Positions 1 to 11,079 of a stretch of DNA of 51,139 nt are shown here, piece by piece. A program made the position numbers and the translations under genes. Below the pieces are notes generated by a model. The model was not told the origin of the DNA. It worked only from the letters and a program-made list of their open reading frames with translations, and ran no database searches. This DNA comes from Octopus bimaculoides (lineage: Eukaryota). The stretch is taken from assembly GCF_001194135.2 (NCBI RefSeq), contig NC_068981.1:185490982-185542120 (forward strand), given 5' to 3'. Each line of letters starts with the position of its first letter. Within the stretch, counting starts at the first letter, position 1.

Positions 1-525
1 TCACAAAGAAGATTGTCTCTTTGCAACTGCTCAACTACTGGGAAAGGCTGAAACAGCTAAGACTCTACTCCCTGGAGAGAAGGCGGGAGAGGTATGCAGT
101 AATATACATCTGGAAGATCCTGGAAGGAATTGTGCCAACTTTTGGCATTGAAAGCTACACCAATGCTAGAACGGGACGACACTGCATAGTGCCAAATATC
201 CTAGCAATGCCATCGCGCTTCAGGACCATTTACTGCAACAGTATGGGTTTCAGGGGCCCACAGCTTTTGATATTCTCCCAAAGAGCCTGAGGAACCTGCA
301 CAAAGTAGATGTAGGGGTTTTTAAATCAAAGCTGGACCTCTTCCTGTCGAGAGTCCCAGATGAACCTACCTCGCGGCAGGAGGTGCAAATGAGGGTTGCT
401 AAATCAAACTCCATACTTCACCAAGTGCCACAAATTGTAAGAGGCACCCTGTAATAACAGTGTAGCAACACGGCGGTGCATCAGCATGGCCGCTGCTCTA
501 AGCTGAAACTATAATTAAAAAAAAT
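1..525 (+). mobile_element. CR1/L2-group LINE, 3' end of ORF2 (decayed) plus 3' UTR
   Basis: Translates as LNYWERLKQLRLYSLERRRERYAVIYIWKILEGIVP...NSMGFRGPQL. After a 1-bp frameshift near 268 it continues DILPKSLRNLHKVDVGVFKSKLDLFLSRVPDEPTSRQ...RGTL* (stop 452-454). This is a typical post-RT C-terminus of CR1-group LINEs, followed by a short UTR, an A-run and (TA)n. Confidence 0.88.
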
Positions 526-550
526 ATATATATATATATAAATTTCTATA

Positions 551-657
551 AGGGCATTACTATACAATAATGCCTCACGCTAAGAGGGACTCTAGAAGTT
601 AAAGTTTGACTTCTAGAGTCCCTCTTAGCGCGAGGCATTATTGTATAGTTATGCCCT
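551..657. repeat. 107-bp near-perfect palindrome (foldback)
   Basis: Arms 551-603 and 605-657 pair at 50 of 53 positions around G604. It can be extended with mismatches to about 541-667. Confidence 0.95.
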
Positions 658-768
658 AATATAAATTAATAAATATATTTATAGGGAGAGATGATGGTTC
701 TTTTCCCTTATGAGGTTTTTTCACGCTACTTGATAAATTCTTATAAAGATTTTATCCTAATATTGAAT

Positions 769-772
<4 letters not shown>

Positions 773-813
<41 letters not shown>

Positions 814-824
814 GTGTGTGTATT

Positions 825-864
<40 letters not shown>

Positions 865-911
865 AAATATTGAAAATTGGTTATATATATACATATATAC
901 ATATAGATATG

Positions 912-958
<47 letters not shown>

Positions 959-1070
959 GCATACATATCCATATATATATATGTATATACACACACATAC
1001 ACATACACATACATACAAACACACACACACACACATACACACACATATATGTATAGATAGATAGATAAAT
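773..1070. repeat. Compound (TA)n/(TG)n/(CA)n microsatellite
   Basis: Direct inspection. Confidence 0.97.
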
Positions 1071-1416
1071 AGTTAGATGTCCCTCCTAATGCTAACCACT
1101 TTGCAGAGTGTACTTGGTGACCTTTGGTGTGGTGCCAGCACCAGATCTTTTTACGAGGCGGTAGCATCGCTGCTTTCGACGTGACACCAGCAGCGGGGTT
1201 TTTTATCCACCACCAGCAGTGGCCGTTTTTACGTAGCGCTAGCAGCGGCGCTTTCTACGTGGGACCAGCAGCAGTGTTTTTTGTGTGACACCAGCAGCGG
1301 TGCTTTTTACGTGACACCAGCGCCGACAGGGTCACCAAGCACCTTGCAAGACAAAGACACCTCAGTTAAGCGTCGGAATTAGTACTGAGGAGATGTGGCT
1401 TTGTGTCGGTTGAGAG
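1071..1416 (-). mobile_element. Probable non-autonomous retroposon fragment with an internal ~26-bp tandem array
   Basis: There are 7-8 diverged units of about ACGTGACACCAGCAGCGGTGCTTTTT at 1127-1322. The flanks resemble a repeat I recall from octopus sequence (not verified by search). Confidence 0.5.
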
Positions 1417-1802
1417 ATGTAAACTAAAAAGGAGACAGACAGAAGTGTCAAGCTTTAGTATGTCAGTCATTATATATAGTTGCACCATATACTTCTAGTT
1501 TACTATGATATTGAGCTGATATCGAAATAATTTCTTAGTTCTAATGTTTTAAAGTTCTCTCTAGAATTCTGTATCTCCAGTCGCGTTGAGACTAAAACCA
1601 GATTACCGTCATTATACAGCAACTCTGTACGTGCTGTAACGTATTCGGGGGACATGAAATCTCTTCGCTACATTGTGTTTTATAAACTTCTTCACAGCAG
1701 TTGTTAAATTTTGAAGATTTTACCAACCTTTCACTTTTAGAAGTAAATGTGATTGCCTATCATTTAAATACATTAAGTGATATTTCAATTAATGCCTGAT
1801 AA

Positions 1803-2130
<328 letters not shown>

Positions 2131-2818
2131 TTAGTTAGCTAGTCAGCGATTTTATACCTGTCAACATAACAGTGTGTTGAGGACGAATCGCTAAGACTGC
2201 TTTTCAACAATGAGGAATGAGAAACGGCAACATATGCGCATGGAATTCTGTTTTCGATTAGAAGTCTTCCATAGCTATTTTGCAGAGTTTCTTTTTTCGG
2301 TTTCAGCAGTTGTCGTAATATAACCTATGAGGACGTTACTTTGATTACTAGTCTAGCTGTTTAATGGTCATTCCTCATATTTGACTGGAAAAGTTAAGAG
2401 GATCACACATCCGATTGAAGAATATAGTATTGCATTTCCTAATTTAGACACACCCTGGGGAAAGGTTTGTCGATTCAACTGAACATATTTCACTGGGACA
2501 TATTTTGACGATCTTAGAATATTGAAAGGTTACCCAGTACAGATGGGGGAGGGGTTACCTGTCATAAGCCATCTTACGATAACAAGTACTACCAGAAGCT
2601 AAACTGGAAAATATGTTTGTCAATACTAACGTGTATTACAGAAGGTCATCGGTATTTTCGCTATTCAAACCATACGCACAAACTTTACATATCTTACCAA
2701 CAAAACAACAAATGCGTCGTTTGGTTTGAATCAATTATGAATCGCTGGAAATTGTTAGTAGAATCAGTCAGAAGACTTCTGCTAATATATGAACTCAATG
2801 TCAATGACTTGTTATTAA

Positions 2819-2945
2819 ACAGCAGCAGCAGCAGCAGCAGCACCACCACCACCACCACCGCCACCACCACCACTACCGCCGCCGCTACCGCCGCTACCAC
2901 CACCACCAACAACAACACAGAAAATAACATACACATACAACACAA
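2819..2945. repeat. Compound trinucleotide repeat (CAG)n/(CAC)n/(CGC)n/(AAC)n
   Basis: Direct inspection. It explains the poly-S/T/A and poly-V/L ORFs in the track. Confidence 0.93.
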
Positions 2946-3122
2946 CAGCAAAGCAACGTTGGAGCCACTCACTCTATAGACAGTCGACTAGCTAGAAATA
3001 TGAGTCACCATGTATCTCNNNNNNNNNNNNNNNNNNNNNNNNNNNNNNNNNNNNNNNNNNNNNNNNNNNNNNNNNNNNNNNNNNNNNNNNNNNNNNNNNN
3101 NNNNNNNNNNNNNNNNNNNNNN

Positions 3123-3402
3123 GGTCCCCTTCCCTAAAAATTTCGGGCCTTGTGCCGAGAGTAGAAAAGAATAATATTTTCGTACAAGGCGGCGAGCTGG
3201 CAGAATCGTTAGTACGTCGGACGAAATGCTTAGTGGTATTTAGTCTGTCTTTATGTTCTGAGTTCAAATCCCGCCGTGGTCGACTTTTCCGTTCATCCTT
3301 TCGAGGTCGATAAATTAAGTACCAGTTGCGTACTGGGTCGATCTAATCGACTGGTCCCCTTCCCTAAAAATTTCGGGCCTTGTGCCGAGAGTAGAAAAGA
3401 AT
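3123..3402 (+). mobile_element. tRNA-derived SINE S1 (tail a): full copy 3187-3402, preceded by a duplicate tail 3123-3172
   Basis: Head AGGCGGCGAGCTGGCAGAATCG (A-box-like), B-box-like GAGTTCAAAT, tail ...GGGCCTTGTGCCGAGAGTAGAAAAGAAT. The family recurs many times in the window. Confidence 0.9.
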
Positions 3403-3699
3403 AATATTTTCGCACAACTTGAAAGCTATATTTATCCCATAAATTATGGGCTCAACACATATATTCATTAGCGCACGGCTGACGTATAGATGTTTCTCAT
3501 ATGCATTTTAGGTGGATTCATAGTTCCGTTTACTCAGTTGATTTATCGATTGTAAAAATGGAAGACTTTCACAAAATAATATCATCTTCAGATTCCGAGC
3601 AGTATGTCAGTCAGAATAGCTGGTGTATTTGAATTAACCGAGCATAAGAAGCATATTGCACCCGTATAAGTAATTCCTTAATAATTATCTATCTATCTA

Positions 3700-3905
3700 T
3701 ATACCTTTTTCCCCCAATCATTCGCCATTTGGACCGTCAAACTCTACAAGTTTTTTTAAAATTATCTCTCTGTTTATTTTCTCTTATTCGTTTCTACTGA
3801 AGAGCGTAAGATCGAAACGTAAAAGACGTTTTCATTTTCCCCGTCAAACTAATACACTTGTTTGTTGTTCATTTACCTGTCTTCGTCTTTTATTCTATAA
3901 ATTTC
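3700..3905 (+). mobile_element. Possible Penelope-like element terminal remnant
   Basis: Contains ACTGAAGAGCGTAAGATCGAAACGTA, resembling the CTGAnGA...CGAAACGT motif of Penelope-like terminal repeats. No coding sequence is seen. Confidence 0.45.
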
Positions 3906-3966
3906 AAATACATACATACATACATACATGCATGCATATCTACACACACACGCATATATATATATG

Positions 3967-4070
3967 AGGCGTTCTACACGGTTTCCGTCTAAAAGATTCA
4001 TTCACAAGGCATTGAATCACCGGGTCTCTAGTAGAAAACTTCTGTCCATGATGTCGCACAGTGGCATTGA
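3967..4070 (-). mobile_element. SINE S2, degraded head/core fragment
   Basis: The reverse complement aligns by eye to 9495-9605. Confidence 0.65.
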
Positions 4071-4140
4071 ATAATCCCTTATTAATAAGTAACTAACTAA
4101 CTAACAATACATATATATATATATATATATNNNNNNNNNN

Positions 4141-4188
<48 letters not shown>

Positions 4189-5120
4189 CAAGTGACTGAA
4201 GAAAAAACTTCTGAATGTGCAAAAACGAATCATCTTCGCTATGGTAAACGAATATAAAAATGTCTGATCCGTTTATTGGTAATTGGGTGACAATGTGAAA
4301 ACCCCGGTACGGTAATGGGACGTAATGGCAGATAATGGTTGTACATCCAACTCGCATGAGTGACTTGTGTTTCCAAGTGTGTGTGTTTGTGTATATATGT
4401 GTGTACGTGTATACCTATCTGCGTATAAGAATTCTACGTCTGAGACTGCGTGCTCATTTAAACCTTTTGAGACCGTTTTTTTTCTTTACGAGTTTCCCGA
4501 CAGGCAATCGTATAATGGCTTCCGTGGACTCGTAGGAAATGATCACCATATTTATACATACATATATACATACATATCTGTATGTGTGCGTTGCTTATAA
4601 TTTACAGTAGAAAATTAGCCAATGCACAATGTACTGCATAATTACATTAATGTGTCTGCTGTCATCTACTGTTATTATTTTTCATGAATGGCCAATCTGT
4701 TGGGCTGAAATAAAAAGCATATCTCGCTTCAGTATGGCGTCCTGACTTCATTTTACACAAATCTTATCTACGGTAAAGGAACAGTAATGCAAAAGTGAAA
4801 TAAGAACCATTTTTCATAAGAGAAGCCATCTGGTTTTAACTTCAAAGTATTAAAGTTAAATTGAATTTTTTTTCCTTTTTTGTTCTCTCTAAAACACAAG
4901 TTTCGCTTAAATTGTAATTTGCCGGTATTTCTAGCAAGTCTTTTGTTGTTCGAAAAAATAGTTCATATTCCATGTACTCGTACTTCGTATTTTTTTGTTG
5001 TACACGTTTCATGACCTCCTGTGCCCACATATGCATATATATATATACGTGTAGATGTAAGTATGTATATATACGTCTAAATGTAAGTATGTACATATGC
5101 ATATATATATATATATATTA

Positions 5121-5403
5121 CAGACAAGAAAGCAAATTTCGAACGCAAACGCATTATAGCCGTGGAAAGTGAAGAACGAATACCATTAAGTTAAATGGCC
5201 CGCTGACAACAATCACCGTCAAATTAAATACTAAATAATAATAACTTTTGGAATGCGAATGTACTCAGCTGGTATCTGAGGGGTACGAGTTCAAGTCCCG
5301 TATCCTCCTGCCGACAACTTTTTTCCATCTCATAAGAGTAAAATACCCAATATCTCTGCTGTTTTTGAGGCTCTGCTGCGTTTGAAATTTACTTTCTTGT
5401 TTG
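5121..5403. mobile_element. MITE-like element, 27-bp TIRs, TA-flanked (Tc1/mariner-type)
   Basis: Left end CAGACAAGAAAGCAAATTTCGAACGCA versus reverse complement of right end CAAACAAGAAAGTAAATTTCAAACGCA (24/27 identical). TA lies at 5119-5120 and 5404-5405. Confidence 0.75.
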
Positions 5404-6379
5404 TAAAATACGAAACACATTCGACACTTCCAAAATTTGTTTACAAAACTTTGTCGCATAAATATATATGTAGACAGATACATAGATTTTTATATAAATA
5501 GATAGAAGTTGAGAGCGATATCGATAAATGCATACATATAAATATGTACACACATACACACGTACGCGTACACACATATATATATGTATATGTAAGTGAA
5601 CATATTAAGCATTAAATTACATGTAAAAAATATATTGACCATGACGGAAAGGACGTTTTCTGTTTAATATCCTTTCAGTTTCATTTTGCATAAAAAAAAT
5701 ACGGCAAAAGCAATGAACAATTACTGAGTTCAATCTGACAGCATCGATTTAGAAGAAAAATACTCGTATATAACACTGAATTGACACGATTGTTGCCTGT
5801 CTAGTATTTTAATTGCCTTCAGTTGGATAGCAAAATCACCTTATTGGATACATTATTCATTATCACGACATATTGAATATCAACGCAATCAAGATCTTTG
5901 AAGGGGTCTTCAACATGGGAGCTCATCCATCATCTTCAGATGGATGCAGCGTTACCAGCTACAAAAGCATTCTTAGAAAATCCTCCACGTCGACGAAGGT
6001 AGTACAAGAGGCATTCTAATGTGTAGATACTACATACAAAATGCCAATCGCTCTGAATGCATGATATAATAATAGGTAAAATTAAATCCATCCTCTTTGT
6101 TGCGCAATTAATTTTCAGACCTTAAGTATAGTCTTTATTCTCCCATCTCTAGCTATTCAAACTCATTATGCCACATTGAATCTAATAACACTGCAAAAAA
6201 AAAAAAAAAATCAGAGAAGAAGAAAACAAAAATGCAAAAACAAAAAACAACAAATATTAAATATTAAGAATTCTAAAAAGAAAATTTAATTGGTGAATAT
6301 ATTATTCGTGGGGATTCTTGTTTCCAGTATAATGACTGTGATTGCGTAAGAGAAAGAATGCACTATTTTATTGTAAACA

Positions 6380-6387
6380 GACAGACA

Positions 6388-6447
<60 letters not shown>

Positions 6448-6460
6448 CACACACACATGC
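6380..6460. repeat. (CA)n microsatellite
   Basis: Direct inspection. Confidence 0.97.
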
Positions 6461-6544
6461 ACGTAGCACCATGAACAAGAATGGCGAAAATCACATCATG
6501 ATTACACAATTCATTACCTACGCTATTTATGTTTGTATGTATGC

Positions 6545-6998
6545 CATTATCAAGTTTATTTCAAAATTTCTCACCAATAGACAAAGAACCGGGTTCTAAC
6601 CTACATCTAAGGCTCTTTCATTGGAATTTCAATATCAACAACATGGTATTTTTGTTTCTATGTATGTATGTATGTATGTATGTGCAGATTTGTATGTTTT
6701 ATGTATGTATTCTCATGCATATAGTTGCATATCTAGACATGGTCATATATATTTAAATGAGAAACTTCTGGAAAGTTTTACAGATTTTTACAGTTCCAGT
6801 GATGGATTCGATCCGTAGTCTTCGGATTAGCTTTCTCCTTTCTGGTCCTGAGAAGCCCAATTTCTCAAGATTTGTATTTAAGCAGTGTGTTACATACCCC
6901 AGTGCCCCAATAATTACAGGTATAAACCTGAACTTGTAATCTTGATAGAGTAACTGCAGATTTCTCAATAGTTCAGGATAGGTGTCCTCGTTTTCACT
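6545..6998 (-). mobile_element. RLE-type (R4/Dong-like) non-LTR retrotransposon, 5'-truncated 3' end, family 1
   Basis: SENEDTYPELLRNLQLLYQDYKFRFIPVIIGALGYVTHCLNTNLEKLGF...GTVKICKTFQKFLI* (stop 6753-6755). PVIIGALG and the terminal G(T)xxI motif match the RLE C-terminus. The putative 3' UTR carries (CATA)n and is followed by CATA-like repeats. Confidence 0.78.
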
Positions 6999-7024
6999 CA
7001 TATGCATATATGCANNNNNNNNNN

Positions 7025-7068
<44 letters not shown>

Positions 7069-7511
7069 TGTATGTGCGTATGTACATACATATATGTAAA
7101 TATATGTATTGTTAATGCACGTATGTGCGTGTGTACATTTATGTCTGAAAGTGTCTAAGTGCGTATGTAGATTGTGCATTAGTACGTACGTACGTACATA
7201 CAGGCATACATATATGCAGTCACAGCTATATATTTCGAAAGCTCTGAAACATGTTATCATCTATTGAGAATAAAATGTCAGTTAATATCTAAATTGACAA
7301 TTGTTAAGTTCAAATGGATTGTTTTGATGATGAGATGCAAAATATACGTGTCTTGTTTCCCAACTCTAAAAACGAACGTTGTGTCAATAAGCTCTCTCCA
7401 TTTGATTTAGAACCCCGTTGATTTGTCTGGAGGAGAATATTAATTATGACAAAGTGTATTATGATGCATGTTAAATATGAATATAATCGAGGCAAGAAAT
7501 GAATACTTCAA

Positions 7512-7563
7512 GGTTGTAAACAATATGATATAATTGTAAACAATATGATATGGTTGTAAACAA
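7512..7563. repeat. 20-bp tandem repeat, about 2.6 copies
   Basis: Unit TTGTAAACAATATGATAT(AA/GG). Confidence 0.9.
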
Positions 7564-8019
7564 GTATACATTTACAACACCCTTCCTTTGACAATAATAG
7601 CCATCTCAATTTAGACCATTTAATTGGAAGTCACAATTACTGCTCCGGGATAACACTCAACTGTGTAGCATGTTACGCTTATCACTGATTCATCTATGAT
7701 AACAGGAATTGGCGATCAAACGAAGATTATGATTGTGCCACGGAAACGCCCTGCAGGAAGTACCCGCAATGCTCAGCTCCCAGAATGCACTAGCTATCAC
7801 CTGTGTTTATATCACAGTGCTTTGCGTCCGTGCATTTTTGAAATATATGTTTGGGTACTTGTGGCTATCGGGATGGTAGCAGGAAACGGAACGATGAAAC
7901 TTCCAAAATCCCTGGATCCTAACAAACGACGCTGACGAGAATATATTCTCTACAAGAATAGGCTCTGAGATGTGTGTGTATGTGTGTCTGTGGGTATGTG
8001 TGCGTGTGTGTGCGCGCGC

Positions 8020-8172
8020 TTTTATGTATGTTTGTGACACGTTCTGCCACTGCTCGACAATCGGCAAAAGGATTAACGGAATAAGTATCTGGGATCGATT
8101 TGTTTGACTAAAACCTTTCATGTCGGCAGCGACAGCATGGCCGTAGTCCAATTACATGAAACAAATGAAAGA
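8020..8172 (+). mobile_element. SINE S2, degraded 3' half
   Basis: CAGCATGGCCGTAGTCCAATTACATGAAACAAAT matches the S2 tail at 9797-9835. Confidence 0.65.
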
Positions 8173-8930
8173 TCATCTCTCGTAAACATCCGCTACCTAC
8201 TTCATGTCAGTGACACAAAAAAACCCCACAGCACAGTTAAAAGATATCTATGGATGATTGATGAGTGTTCTACAAACTAGAATGCACTTTCTACTCTACA
8301 TCAATTATTGTTGAAATGGTAGGATATGTATCCGTCTGAATCAAAGAATTGTTAAACATGGATTCCTGGAAAAAAGGAATGTGGCTTCATAATTCATATA
8401 CGTCATGAGTGGCAATACAAATCTGCAAAGCTTACAATTATGTCATGTTTGAATGTTTGGACGATGCATGTTGAAAACGTGTACTTATAATATATGTATT
8501 TATAATATCCTTTCCTTACAACCGTTTCACTCCATTCAGGAAGAGGAAATATAGTCAATACATAAGAACTACAAACTTAACGGGAACAAACTCATGCTTG
8601 GTGCGAAGAAAGCGTTCAACGAATTTTCTTTAGCCGTCTTCTTCAATGTTTAATGCCGCAGATATCAGTCTTAAATATCAGGTTATTCTTCTGATCATAT
8701 TTATTGATGACACTTTTCTTCATCACTAACTACGCGATTAGTTACGCTAAAGCCATTAAAATGACAAAAATAAAAGCAACTAAATAAAATACACGAACTC
8801 TCGGCATTATGAACAGAATAAAATTATACTAGGACGAACTTACCCCAGAGCCAAAGTATTTTATTGATCGATTACTGACAAATAAACAGGTTCACTTCGT
8901 ACTAAGAACAATATCAATGTTAATAATAAC

Positions 8931-9128
8931 GGTTTCAAATTTTGACACAAGGCCAGCGAGTTTGAGGGAGGAGGGTAAGTCGATAACATCGACGTCAGTA
9001 CTCAACTGGTACTTACTTTATCGACCCCGATAGAATGAAATACAAAGCTGACCTCGGCGGAGTTTGAACTCGGATGGACGAAATGCCGCTAAGCATTTTG
9101 CCCAGTGTGCTAACGAATCTGCCAGCTC
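8931..9128 (-). mobile_element. SINE S1 (tail b)
   Basis: S1 head and body on the minus strand. The tail ends ...GGCCTTGTGTCAAAATTTGAAACC followed by (TTA)-like repeats. Confidence 0.85.
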
Positions 9129-9202
9129 AATTCAAATGTTTAATAATACGAGAACATATTTTGAAATAGAAAAGGGAGAATTACTTCTTAATATACATAT
9201 AT

Positions 9203-9434
9203 TTATTTCTTTATTGCCCACAGGAGGCTAAACATAGAAGGGACAAACAAGGAGAGGCAAAGGGATTAACTTGATTACATCGACTCCAGTGCGTAACTGG
9301 TACTTATTTAATCGACCCCGAAAGGATGAAAGGCAAAGTCGACCTCGGCGGAATTTGAACTCAGAAAGTAGCGGCAGACGAAATACCTCTAAGCATTTCG
9401 CCAGGCGTGATAAAGTTTCTGCCAGCTCACCGCT
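9203..9434 (-). mobile_element. SINE S1 (tail c)
   Basis: S1 head and body on the minus strand. The tail ends ...CTATGTTTAGCCTCCTGTGGGCAATAAAGAAATAA. Confidence 0.9.
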
Positions 9435-9444
9435 TTGATTAAAA

Positions 9445-9838
9445 GGCGCAGGAGTGGCTGTGTGGTAAGTAGCTTGCTTACCAACCACATGGTTCCGGGT
9501 TCAGTCCCACTGCGTGGCACCTTGGGCAAGTGTCTTCTACTAAAGCCTCGGGCCGACCAAAGCCTTGTGAGTGGATTTGGTAGACGGAAACCGAAAGAAG
9601 CCCGTCGTATATATGTATATATATATGTATGTGTGTTTGTGTGTCTGTGTTTGTCCCCCCACCATCGCTTGACAACTGATGCTGGTGTGCTTACGTCCCC
9701 GTAACTTAGCGGTTCGGCAGAAGTGACCGATAGAATAAGTACTAGGCTTACAAAGAATAAGTCCTGGGGTCGATTTGTTCGACTAAAGGCGGTGCTCCAG
9801 CATGGCCGCAGTCAAATGACTGAAACAAGTAAAAGAGT
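9445..9838 (+). mobile_element. tRNA-derived SINE S2, near-complete, CORE-like
   Basis: A-box-like TGGCTGTGTGG, B-box-like GGTTCAGTCCC, then ACCTTGGGCAAGT (resembles the start of the CORE domain), an internal (TA)n(TG)n and a LINE-like 3' tail. It may correspond to the published octopus OR2 SINE (unverified). Confidence 0.9.
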
Positions 9839-11011
9839 TATAGAGTAATATGAGAGAACGTATTTTGAAATGGAAAAAGGAACATCACTTCTTAATATAC
9901 ACATATTACAATCAAATTAGTCAAAATTAATCATCAATCTCCAGTTGCATAAGAAGCTAGCAATAGATACAGTAGACAGTCATTGTTGAAAGATATGGAT
10001 TCACTGGTGAGAAACGATTGAAATGAGAAGAAGGAGTTTAACGAGGATTCAGTTCCGCAGGAAAGAAATATACTTTGTGCATTACGCCAAAAGTATAAAG
10101 TACCATTAGCGATATCTTAGAGATTGAAAGAAAATATCAGAGTTGGTACCTACCAAGAAAAGAAATGATTGTTTGCGAATGTTGTACAAAACTTAATTCT
10201 TCTAGGGAAATATTTTACTAACACGTTCTCGCAATTTTTCACTCGAAATTGAAAGATAACAATCTGATCATAATTGGTAGAAAAATATCTAGCACCAAAG
10301 AATAAAGCCATTCACAAACCAAGAACATGTGGTGAATTGCATGTTATAATCTAATATATAAAATATATTTCACCAAGATAACAGTAATATGAACAATATT
10401 ATCAGATGAATATTTAGATGGAACCAGGTGAGCATGAGTATATGTTGGCAACATCTAATTGATGTAGCCAGAAGTGTGATATCCTAAGTGGAATTTGGTT
10501 TAGTCTCGATAGATTTGAATAAACCATTCAATTTGATAAATGTTCTTCCACACTCTGAAGTCCCATAATTCATAGTTACAACTGTAATCAAGCTGGCACC
10601 CTCGTGGTGCATTATCATAGAGGTAAGCACTTGGGGTAATTGCATTTTCTCTGCTATAATAAAGTTTGAAGGCATCATTTCTCCTGTAATGATGTTTATA
10701 CTTACAGGGAATACACGATCCTTTTTCCTGGGCGAATTTGAATGTTTACGTGAGAGATTCACAGAAATACACAAAATAACACACAAATTCTAGTAGAAGA
10801 TCTGGATGTATAGGGCCGGAATATTTACAATAAATTCAGAGAGAACTCATCGACGGCTATGGCCCTTACCCAAGAAGTGACTGTTTGTAAAGTGGGCGTT
10901 ACGTTTGTTTAAGGGTGGTATGGGATTGATGTGAGTGTGGGAGAGAGTGCTGTAACAGAGGTGTTGTGGAGATCGACTTTTAAACCATTTGTGGATGTGT
11001 ATGTATATACA

Positions 11012-11014
<3 letters not shown>

Positions 11015-11077
<63 letters not shown>
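11015..11077. repeat. (TG)n microsatellite
   Basis: Direct inspection. Confidence 0.97.

Positions 11078-11079
<2 letters not shown>

Noticed and set aside
1127-1322. CRISPR-like array of dyad-containing repeats
   Set aside because: The units are contiguous with no unique spacers, there are no cas genes, and the context is eukaryotic.
2698-2744. 47-nt minus-strand exon candidate RFIIDSNQTTHLLFCW
   Set aside because: The splice signals are good, but it is too short to assess, has no recognisable homology and sits beside a trinucleotide repeat.
5263-5308. tRNA gene
   Set aside because: It has only A/B-box-like pieces, is too short, and has no anticodon arm or full cloverleaf.
10400-10860. 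Several splice-site-like signals on both strands (GAG/GTAAGC 10623, TTACAG 10707, minus-strand CCT/GTAAGT)
   Set aside because: The signals are mutually inconsistent between strands and give no recognisable peptide, which is expected by chance in AT-rich DNA.
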